Source: Eledone cirrhosa
Lineage: Eukaryota
Length of the DNA: 64,000 bases
Direction of reading: 5' to 3'
Assembly (NCBI GenBank): GCA_964016885.1
Contig: OZ024744.1
Span: 24,862,001-24,926,000 of the forward strand
Shown here: positions 13,710-25,030 of the stretch, one piece after another
Position numbering within the stretch: the stretch's first letter is position 1
How the letters are laid out: each line of letters begins with the position of its first letter
The notes under the pieces: model-generated
The model's database searches: none
What the model saw: the letters and a program-made list of their open reading frames with translations, nothing else
What the model was told of the DNA's origin: nothing
Translations under genes and position numbers: made by a program

Positions 13710-15707
13710 TTACCTTACTTCTCGTAGGGGAAGGACGGTTTTTCCATCCTTTTCACTGCTTGTGGCCTCCTCAGGAAGGATGTCCTTATAAATCCTCCTG
13801 GAGAGTGCTTGTCGGAAGTCTCCGATGTCTTTGGGGAATTTTTGTTTTAGTGTCATGTACGTTTTCTGTGTGATGCGAGTGATTTGTATGTGTGGAGGTG
13901 GTGTGAATTTTTGGGTTGTTGTGTAGTCTTTTTCTGTAATGCTGGTGTTGTGTTGGATGTAGTGTAATAATTGTTTGTTGTTCAAATTTAATGCTGTGTA
14001 GTGTGTATCGTTTTGGTTGTTTTGTTTTGTTTGCGTTTGTTGTGGGTTTGTTTCTGTTTCGCATTTTGGTGACTTTTGTGGTGTAGGTGATGGTGGTGTT
14101 GGGGTTAATGATGGTGATGGTGTTGGTGTTTGGGTTGATGGAGTTGGTGATGCTGGTGTGGATGGTGGCATATATGTCCTAACTTTTTTGTTTCTTAATT
14201 TATTTGTTTCCTTCTGTATTTTGTTTTTGAAGGGGGGGAGGAAGAGAATTTTTTCTTTTTTGGTTTTTTTTTTTTTTTTCCGGATATCGTTTCCCACTCC
14301 TCGTCATCACAATCTGTCTCCAGTTGTGATAGGCCGGGGAGTGGAAAATCCTCCACAGGCGTTAGTTTTGCTTGTGGCGTGGTGGATGGTGTAGGCGCCG
14401 GTGCTAGTTCTGAAGTGTTGGGTGGTGGTGGTGTTGGTTTTGCTGGTGGTGGTGGTGGTGTTGGTTTTGCTACTGTTGCTGTGGTTGTTGCTGTTATAGT
14501 TGCTTCTGTTGTTGCTGCTACGGTTGTTGCGGCCATCTCTGCTACCGGTGGTGTTGATGGTTGTGTCACTGGGGTGGGTAGGAGAGGTGGCCTCAACCTT
14601 TTAGCCTGAGGGCAGAAAGCCCTTAGGTGGGTTCCTTCACTACAAACGACACACCTAGGTCTTCTGCCCTCGACAATTACCGTGAGGTGGCTGCCGTCAG
14701 TGAGGTCTATTACCTCTGGGATCTCCTCAATGCTTTTTTGGTCCGCTTGGATCAGGAGCTCCATCCCAGATCCAGACCAGTTCTCCTGCTTTTCTTTTGC
14801 TATTGCTATTATTTTTGTGTTGGCTTCGATGCCGGCGAGGACGGCCGCTATTAGCCAGGGAATTTCGATGGCCGGTGGAACGTGGGTCACCCTGATCTTT
14901 ACGAGTCTCTGGCCACAATAGCTTGGGACGAGTGTGAAGTCGTCACTTCTTAATGGGGCCATGGAGTGTTCTCCAGCCTCCTCTGGTGTTTCAAAGAACA
15001 CGTCCACGGTTCCATACTTCTGCCCACGTCTGATGTGGGTTTTTCTTGCCCACACATGTCCCAAAGCTTTTTGGATTTGGGACTCGGATGCCCGTTCCAC
15101 TCGGCGCGATTTTACATTTATTGTTCGATACGACACGGTGCATAGGCGCCGATGGTCCATTTTATTAGGTGGGGGGTGAGGCTGACCTTGTACCCATCTT
15201 TCTTTACCATTTGTTTGGCATTTTCTAAATCCTCCCGAGTTACCGTAAATGCTTCGAACTGTTTTGCTACTCTGGCAAAACTGAGGGTGGTTTTTATAAT
15301 GTCATAGTTGTTGTTGTTGCTATCGTTATTTGTGTTAATATTAATTTTAGTTTCAGTTGTGGTGGTGGTGACGTCAGTCGTCTTTGGTGGGGAAGAGTCC
15401 ATTTTGCTTGATTTCATTTCGACATCACGAGTTAATTTATTTTTTTCTTCTTTTGTTTCTGTTGTCGCGGTGGTGGTGGGGTGGTGGTTGTCGCGGTGGT
15501 GGTGGTGGTGGTGGAGGCTTTAACACCTGCAGTCATTGGTAATGGCGGGAAATGAATGTCTGCCTGAGACAAACTTAAAATATTGCTACTGCTTATATTT
15601 TTTGTAGTGTTGGCAAACGTAGTAACATTTATAATGGTGGTGTCGGTGTGAGGTGTTAATTTGTGAGGAAGGCTTTCAGCTGCTTGGTGCAGAGGTGAAT
15701 TAGCCAT
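13710..15707 (-). pseudogene. LINE ORF1 (gag-like, CX2CX4HX4C knuckle, Pro/Thr-rich tracts), split by three -1 frameshifts
   Basis: ORFs 15707-15432, 15417-15118, 15160-14195 and 14297-13710 tile in successive frames; VEGRRPRCVVCSEGTHLRAFCP knuckle; position upstream of ORF2. Confidence 0.85.
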
Positions 15708-15916
15708 TTTTTTTCAAAGAAATTTTTTGATAATAATAAAAGTTTAAATTTTGGGCACAAGGCCCCAATCTTTTTGGGTGTCCTTTTCGGAAAACAATGT
15801 ATGTGCGCTTATATATGGTTAACAATAAAAATTTTCCATAAATGGCAATTTTTAACAAACGGAAATAACAAACCTTTGCGGAGCTCACGATGATACGATT
15901 TACTACGTAGGTCGCC

Positions 15917-16002
<86 letters not shown>

Positions 16003-16030
16003 CAACAACAACAACAATAATAATAATAAT
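15917..16030. repeat. (AAT)n/(AAC)n microsatellite at the LINE 5' junction
   Basis: Directly visible and immediately adjacent to the LINE 5' end. Confidence 0.95.
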
Positions 16031-16192
16031 TTCTAGTATGGGCCCAGATCCAGATACATTATGTCTGTAAGTTCAATGCAAATCATTCTTTGGAAAAGAT
16101 GTGCTGTCACATCTGGAGAAACCTAATTCGACAGATCTGCAGCCCGCACGTACACAGGCACATATGCCCACACATACACCACACATTCCACC

Positions 16193-16331
<139 letters not shown>

Positions 16332-16569
16332 TTCTTATATATATATCTATATCCAAAATTAAGATAAATCAAAATGAATTTAATCTAAATCAAAATTATG
16401 GGTGTCATGTCAGAAAGGCATGCGCCATATACATATATACGCACTTGTACATTATAAACAGAACAAACATTCAAAGTCATTCACGCACATATGTAATACA
16501 TTCGATTCACACTTATGTTTGCCTACAAACACATGTGTACAAACACACACACACACAATCTTTTTATTA

Positions 16570-16621
16570 TGTTAGTCATGATGCTAACTAGTTAAAGAAC
16601 TAGTTAGCATCATGGCTAACA
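16570..16621. repeat. 24-bp-arm hairpin with a 4-nt loop
   Basis: TGTTAGTCATGATGCTAACTAGTT-AAAG-AACTAGTTAGCATCATGGCTAACA, with one T-G pair. Confidence 0.9.
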
Positions 16622-16637
16622 CGAAATTTCACCTTCT

Positions 16638-18046
16638 TTAACCCTATAATGTTCAAACCGACAAAAACCGGCCAGAATTCTATACCTCTTTCTGTTGAAA
16701 CTGGCTATAACTGGTCGTTCAAACTGATGTTAAGGTATTGTTTTCAAAATAAATACTTTCAAAATCTTATAGATTCGATATTATGTGAGATAATTATGTG
16801 AAGTAAAGCCTTTACCATGAACATATAATAGTATATATAGAGTAATGTAAATGTTATGTGAGGTAAAGCCTTTACTGTGAAAATACAATAGTATATATAT
16901 AGTGTAATGTAAATGTTATGTGAGATATTATGTGAGGTAAAGCCTTTACTGTGAAAATACAATAGTATATATAGAGTAATGTAAATGTTATGTGAGATAA
17001 TTATGTGAAGTAAAGCCTTTACCATGAACATATAATAGTATATATAGAGTAATGTAAATGTTATGTGAGATATTATGTGAGGTAAAGCCTTTACTGTGAA
17101 AATACAATAGTATATATAGTGTAATGTAAATGTTATGTGAGATATTATGTGAGGTAAAGCCTTTACTGTAAAAATTCAATAGTATATATAGTGTAATGTA
17201 AATGTTATGTGAGATAATTATGTGAGGTAAAGACTTTACTGTGAAAATACAATAGTATATATAGAGTAATGTAAATGTTATGTGAGATATTATGTGAGGT
17301 AAAGCCTTTACTGTGAAAATTCAATAGTATATATAGTGTAATGTAAATGTTATGTGAGATATTATGTGAGGTAAAGCCTTTACTGTGAAAATTCAATAGT
17401 ATATATAGTGTAATGTAAATGTTATGTGAGATAATTATGTGAGGTAAAGCCTTTACCATGAAAATATAATAGTATATATAGAGTAGTGTAAATGTTATGT
17501 GAGATATTATGCGTGGTTAAGGCTTTACTGTGAAAATATTATAGTATATATAGAGTAATGTAAATGTTATGTGAGATATTATGTGAGGTAAAGCCTTTAC
17601 TGTGAAAATACAATAGTAAATATAGAGTAATGTAAATGTTATGTGAAGTAAAGCCTTTACTGTGAAAATACAATAGTATATATAGAGTAATGTAAATGTT
17701 ATGTGAGATATTATGTGAGGTAAAGCCTTTACTGTGAAAATACAATAGTATATATAGAATAATGTAAATGTTATGTGAGATATTATGTGAGGTAAAGCCT
17801 TTACTGTGAAAATACAATAGTATATATAGAGTAATGTAAATGTTACGTGAGATATTATGTGATGTAAAGCCGTTACTGTGAAAATACAATAGTATATATA
17901 GAGTAATGTAAATGTTATGTGAGGTAAATCCTTTACTGTGAAAATACAGTAGTATATATAGAGTAATGTAAATGTTATGTGAGGTAAAGCCTTTACTGTG
18001 AAAATACAATAGTATATATAGAGTAAAATGAATGCTAAAGGGTTAA
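16638..18046. mobile_element. Putative non-autonomous piggyBac-like element (TTAA-flanked) containing a tandem array
   Basis: TTAA|CCCTATAATGTTCA at the left end and TGAATGCTAAAGGG|TTAA at the right end; imperfect TIR matching at 10 of 14 positions. Confidence 0.5.
16776..18025. repeat. 72-bp minisatellite with 60-bp and 73-bp variants
   Basis: Unit GTAAAGCCTTTACTGTGAAAATACAATAGTATATATAGAGTAATGTAAATGTTATGTGAG(ATATTATGTGAG); measured spacings of 72 (17081 to 17153) and 60 (17921 to 17981). Confidence 0.95.
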
Positions 18047-18049
18047 GGG

Positions 18050-18560
18050 TTCTAATTTCTGATATCCAAAATGTACAAGTTAGAGAAGACAACTGTAAAC
18101 AGTGTGAGGACATCCCACCTAGGTTTTCTGTTGATGACAGAGCCACAAATTCAAGGAGCAACTACTGATGTTTCACTTTACATACAATTGCCTTATGACA
18201 AAGATCATGTCTGTTGAGACTCGGTCTCAGCGGAAACCTGAGGCTGAGTATAGTCATATGTTTTCTGATATTCATTGTAAAAGTGTTTTGAGGAATGCAT
18301 TAACCAGAATCTTCCCGGCGCTGGACAAAAGAAATAGTTTTTGTAAGATAACAGGTGATAATGTTAGTTTAGTTCTAATGTTGAGATAGTGTCGGTTTTC
18401 TCACAGGTATGATGAAGCGATGAGATGCTCATTTAAAGAGGTGAACTACCTTACTTCATCGTGTCAAGATTTTAGCCCCCAGGCAATACGTGCCCCTTTA
18501 TCGACACTCAAGAGAAGGAAGTTGTGATGTTCTTTTATTTCCCTTCAAACAGGCATTAAA
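18050..18560 (-). pseudogene. Heavily degraded RTE-clade reverse transcriptase fragment
   Basis: Hand translation gives LSSAGKILVNAFLKTL ... SGFR*DRVSTDMIFVIRQL, resembling RTE motifs LSxAGKILxRIL and GFRxxRSTxDMIFxxRQL. Confidence 0.6.
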
Positions 18561-18623
18561 AAAATTGATGTAACTTCTAAATTGTAGACGGGTTTGTTTC
18601 ATGTCTGCGCGCGGACATATACC

Positions 18624-18704
<81 letters not shown>

Positions 18705-18904
18705 ATATATATATATATTTATATATATATACATATATACATCCACAGAGTGTAATTCTGTCATTACTGCAACAGAGGCCCGACGAGCTTTTGATTGAAG
18801 AATCGGGTCAGATCGATACAGATCGAACCTTGAGCTGATCAGTAACGAAACGCGCGTCACCAATCAATAAACCTAATGAAGGCTTAACAAATCGTTCTTG
18901 TAAT

Positions 18905-19220
18905 ATTATTATTATTATCATAGTTTGAGTTTCAGTCATTGATGTTATTTAACTGGAAATTCTGTTGAAATGAATATCAAGCCACTACCTGAAGCCTCAG
19001 ATATTCAGGACGTATCGGAGGGTTTTCGCTGTTCCCAGCAAGCATGCCTTTTGAAGTGTTCCAAAAAGCGGGACTGGACTAATCTTCTTTAACCATCCTT
19101 GGAAACTCTTTGAGATAGAACCTAGTGCGACTATGTCAATCGGGACGTCTCTGACTTTATGGCAATTCCAAATCCTTTTTACCTCCCACTTTAAGTCCTG
19201 GTATCGGTTAATTTTCTCCC
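18905..19220 (-). mobile_element. 3' fragment of an RLE-type (R4/Dong-like) non-LTR retrotransposon ending in (TAA)n
   Basis: EKINRYQDLKWEVKRIW...VPIDIVALGSI...LQKACLLGTAKTLRYVL* is a typical RLE C-terminus; a short 3'UTR is followed by ATAATAATAATA. Confidence 0.75.
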
Positions 19221-20095
19221 TGTGTGTGTATGTGTGTTCGATGATTTCTTTCGAATGAAACAGTTCTAGTCCTGTAGAAACCCCATATATATATATATAT
19301 ATATCATTTCTCCAAAATGACTGAATAAACACGTGTTTTTTCACAAAAACTTTTCATGCAATTCCTTGCTCTTCTCATTCTCAATCTTTCTATTTCATCT
19401 TTTATTTCTTTCTATCTTCCGTCGAAGGATGATTGTCCGAAATATTAAGACTCTTTTCCTACTATATCAAACATTAGACTAATATATTGCTTTATTGTAC
19501 GCTGTTGTTTGTTCTGTTGTTCCCGTTTACTTATTGCACACACACACACACATATATATATATGTATATACACACACCTATATAAATATATATATGTATA
19601 TATATATATACACACATACACACACACATACAGATACATATATTTATGTATATATATATATGTGTGTGTGTGTGTGCGTCTATGTGTGAATATGTGTATG
19701 TGTGTGTGAGTATATGTGTTTACGTGTGTGTGTGTGAGTATGTATGTGTGTGTGTGCGTGTGTATGTGTGTCTGTGTGTGAGTGTGTGTGTGTGTATGTG
19801 TGTGTGTCTGTAATTATATATATCATATATAAACACAAATACATAAAAATAAGTTTATATCAACATTTACTGTATCTGTGTGTATGAGTTAAATTGAATG
19901 CAAATATGTGTATGTATGTATGTGTGTGTATGTATGTGTGTGTATGTACGTCCACATTATTGTACATGCCTCTACACACACAAACAGAAATATATATGTA
20001 CAGAAGGCCAGTGTGTTTACATACTTTTATATATATATATATATATAAACACATATATGTATATACAAACATATATATATATATATATATATACA

Positions 20096-20162
<67 letters not shown>

Positions 20163-20285
20163 CACATATATGTGAGTGTAATATATATTTATATATATAT
20201 ATATATACAAACATATATATATATATATATATATTACACATATATGTGTGTGTAATATATATTTATATATATATATATATATACA

Positions 20286-20326
<41 letters not shown>

Positions 20327-20504
20327 CATTATGAAAACGAACACGATCGATATTTCTGTTGACATAATAGAGAAAATATTTTATGTTTGGTAGATATCTT
20401 GATAAGAGCGAGCCCATTACATCTTGCTTGTCGGCTCTTTTAACTAGCAAGAAGACCACCCCTTTACTGTATAATGGGCCAGATTTGACATACTTAACGC
20501 TTAT

Positions 20505-20568
<64 letters not shown>

Positions 20569-20603
20569 CATATATATATATATCTGTGTGTGTGTGTATA
20601 CGT

Positions 20604-20667
<64 letters not shown>

Positions 20668-20699
20668 TTGTGTGTGTGTGTGTGTGTGTGTATAGGTGT

Positions 20700-21347
<648 letters not shown>

Positions 21348-21457
21348 TATAATAATATGTTGAAACGTCACACCGTTAATGATATTTGTCCTAAAGAGAT
21401 GTAGAGAATAGTTCTGTGGATTTGCGCATTATGTGTGTATGTAGGCAACACAACCCT

Positions 21458-21564
<107 letters not shown>

Positions 21565-21719
21565 GTACATATTCATATATTTAGAAGTCCGTAGAAGTTG
21601 ACGGTCGAATATTTGATTCCTAAGTCTGACAACTCTGCATCCTATTATGCATCGAGTACTCATTCTATTTGTGAATTTTCCTGTTTTAGCACCGCAGAAA
21701 CTCTCTGTCTGTCTCTCTT

Positions 21720-21757
<38 letters not shown>

Positions 21758-21799
21758 GTTCTCTCTCTCTCTCTCTCCCCCTCTTTCTCTCTCTCCCCC

Positions 21800-21834
<35 letters not shown>

Positions 21835-21836
<2 letters not shown>

Positions 21837-21935
21837 GCCTTTCATCCTTACGGGGACGATAAAATAAAGTACCTGTAATGCACTGGTTAATTGCTGGCCT
21901 TTTGTCTAAAGTAGAAACAATTATTATTATTATTA
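21835..21935 (+). mobile_element. 5'-truncated SINE family A copy with (ATT)n tail
   Basis: TTGCCTTTCATCCTTACGGGGACGATAAAATAAAGTACC...GTAGAAACA(ATT)n. Confidence 0.85.
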
Positions 21936-21971
21936 TATATTATTATCATATATATATATATATATTATTCG

Positions 21972-22083
21972 GGGAAAAGCATGACCCTGACGGCAGAACT
22001 CAAGCCGTTTCGACGGAATTTCTGTGTCCAGAAATAGCCGTCGAAACGGCTTGAGCTTTGCCGTCGGGGTCATTCTTTTTCCC
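21972..22083. repeat. GC-rich palindrome (~52-bp arms, 4-nt loop), probably Penelope-derived
   Basis: 18-bp perfect core at 21999-22016 and 22038-22055, inside near-perfect arms. Confidence 0.85.
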
Positions 22084-22358
22084 TATTTCCCACTCTACTA
22101 CCCTAAGTATTAATTACACTGGTGCGTTATGGTCCATATGGTTCCTTACCACAATTCCTTTGTTATATATATTATTCGATATACAAAAGAACATATATAA
22201 ATATATATTATTAGCACAGATTAAAAGATTAAGCAATGAATTTCTGCCTTCACTCTAAGCGCGATCCTCAGTTTCAAATGCTCCAGCTTAGTGTGAAAGC
22301 TGAAACTATTTGCTTAAAATTTTAATATGTACTATGTATACATACATTCACTCATATG

Positions 22359-22504
<146 letters not shown>

Positions 22505-22530
22505 TAATATTATATTATACTATACTAGTG

Positions 22531-22760
22531 AAGGAGGGTAACTTAGTGGTTAGGGAATGCGGCACCCGATTGTGTGATTATTTGGCAATTTTTTTTCTTT
22601 AGCAACGCACTTTATCTTAAGTTGCTCCAGTCTACTCAACCGTAAAATTATCAGTTGTATCTGTAAGTCAAAGGTACAGCTTTGTCGCACACCCAATCTC
22701 TGTGTTACACTGGATCTTCCTGAGAACTATATTAAATGTACATGTTTGCTGTGAAATCTG
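22531..22760 (+). mobile_element. Degenerate SINE family B copy
   Basis: CTTAGTGGTTAGG head; GCACTTTATCTTAAGTTGCTCCAGTCTACTCA; CTTCCTGAGAACTA. Confidence 0.65.
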
Positions 22761-23176
22761 TGAACCCAACAGCGACGGAGATCCAATAAATTGTAATTAT
22801 ATATTATAATAGAATACATTATATTATATATATTACAAGGCAAAACAATTTTGTGGTTAGTTTCATTGTTTTCCTGGCAATGAGGAAATGACATTCATAA
22901 ACACAAACACACACACACATGCGGTTTTTCGATCAATATAGCCATGTATATAATATGCATATATGTGTGTGTGTCATCATTATCATCCCCACTACAATTT
23001 GCCACCCCACCACCAGCCTAGTCATCATCATTATCATCCCTACACCACCATCACCATCACCATCATCAGTAACATAGTCATCATCATCATCATTTAATGT
23101 TTGTTTTCCCTGTTAGCAAGGATTGAACGGGTCGTTAACTGACCGCGTCAGTACTCAGGTGAACCTACAGACTCCA

Positions 23177-23267
<91 letters not shown>

Positions 23268-23276
23268 TCAAATGTA

Positions 23277-23914
23277 TACAATAAATGTAATCTGAGTTTT
23301 TCGAATATTAATAATAATATTTGATTAGCTTGTAATTGTACAAACAAGTCTCATTTTTAAAGCCTTGTCAACACAAGAGCAAGAATGAGGGGTTCATTCT
23401 ACTGACATGGCTTTAAAAAACAGGCTCCTTGCATAATTACAAACGAATCGATTGTTATTATTAATATTCGAAAAACTCAGATTACATTTATTGTATTCAA
23501 CCATGTAGAGCGAAAATCTCTCTTTTTTTTATTTGATTTGGCAAAGCCGGCCATTTATCGCTCGTATACAGGAAACTGATTGGCCAGTCTGCTGATATGC
23601 AAATCTGGCTGCTCAGTGGACCTGCTAATATGCAGATCTCGCTGATCAGCCAGTCTGCTAATATGCAAATCAGGCCGATCAGTCACTGTATATTTTAGAA
23701 AATAGGATATATTTTCACTAGCTCTGACAGTTGGCAGGTGAACAGTCAGCTGTACTGATGAAGGGTGACATCCAGAATGCAGTTTTGTTTATATGCCAAC
23801 ACAAGAGCAAGAATGAAGTGTTCATTCAACTGATATGGCTATAAAAATGAGGCTTGTTTGCATAACTGCAAACGAATCGAATGTTATTAATATTCGAAAA
23901 ACTCAGACTACATT
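23277..23914. mobile_element. Composite inverted-plus-direct repeat element resembling a Penelope pLTR remnant
   Basis: Perfect 41-bp inverted repeat at 23277-23317 and 23455-23495; direct repeat at ~23369-23488 and ~23797-23914; CTGATGA core at 23755. Confidence 0.55.
23576..23685. repeat. 33-bp tandem repeat (about 3.3 copies) containing ATGCAAAT octamers
   Basis: CTGATTGGCCAGTCTGCTGATATGCAAATCTGG / CTGCTCAGTGGACCTGCTAATATGCAGATCTCG / CTGATCAGCCAGTCTGCTAATATGCAAATCAGG. Confidence 0.85.
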
Positions 23915-24137
23915 ATATATATATAACAACACAATCGGTACAGTATATGGAAGGGAAATATTAGGTTAACGCTTGATATAGCAGGAAGAGGGTATTAACG
24001 TTTCGGACGCTAGTCCTTCACCGGAAGAAAGAATGACAATTAAGATATATTGAGGGGGGAGGGGGGACAACTGTCTTTAGATAAAAATAATTGGTCCATT
24101 CATGTTGAGATCTCTTGGAAAATATGTATATATTAGT

Positions 24138-24250
24138 GGAGGTGCGTGTACTACTGTTAAGGGTGTTGGACTTACGATCTTAAAGTAGTGGGTTCGATTC
24201 CTAGACTGGGTTGTGTGTTGTGTTCATGAGGAAAAGACTTACTCACGCTC
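24138..24250 (+). mobile_element. SINE family B 5' (tRNA-like) fragment
   Basis: GGGTTCGATTCC B-box followed by TGTGTTGTGTTCATGAG. Confidence 0.55.
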
Positions 24251-24287
24251 CGTCTCTCTCCGTACGGACCAACATAGCTACATATCC

Positions 24288-24522
24288 ATACACACACAGA
24301 CATACACACACACAGACATACACACGCATACATACACGCACAGACATACACACACAGACATACACAGACATACACACACAGACATACACACACAGACATA
24401 CACACACATACACAAACACAGACATATACACGCAGACATACACATACAGACATACACACAGACATACACACACAGACATACACACAGACATACACACACA
24501 CAGACACACACACACAGACATA
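24288..24522. repeat. Compound (CA)n/AGACAT minisatellite
   Basis: Repeated AGACAT(AC)n units. Confidence 0.9.
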
Positions 24523-24805
24523 CCTGGAACAGTCCTAGATGGAATGTATTTGATGTGTTCGATTAAGAATGACCTGGGGCTAAATAACAACCTATGTATT
24601 TGGTTATAATTTCATGACTATAAGAACCATGTTAATGGTCTGGTAACAAGATGTCTGACTTCCGGACGCGTTCGAGGAGAAACACAGATTCACACTCACC
24701 TACATACACAAACACACACGCAAACACAAACACACACACACATTCTCTCTCATATATATATATATATGTACACACATATATATGTATATATATTTATTTA
24801 TCTAT

Positions 24806-24890
<85 letters not shown>

Positions 24891-25030
24891 TTATATACCA
24901 AAATATATTCTAGTTGGAATCATCACGTGTATAGGAACGGTATTCTCGCACAGAGCTCAAATATTATGTTCACATGTGTAGTTCTTGTACAATGTTCATG
25001 TATAAGCTATTGTTGTTATTATTTGTCACT

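Larger units (their letters stand above)
10006..15916 (-). mobile_element. Near full-length Tx1/L1-clade non-LTR retrotransposon (~5.9 kb) in an (ATT)n microsatellite
   Basis: 5'UTR 15916-15708, ORF1 with CCHC knuckle, ORF2 APE-RT-zf, 3'UTR 10256-10006 with AATAAA at 10017-10012; both ends abut (ATT)n on the element strand. Confidence 0.93.

Noticed and set aside
10206-15523. Plus-strand ORFs overlapping the LINE
   Set aside because: They are antisense shadows of GC-richer coding DNA with no recognisable motifs.
18040-18052. GGGTTAAGGGTT as a telomeric seed
   Set aside because: It is not a TTAGGG array and is better explained as a TIR end plus TTAA.
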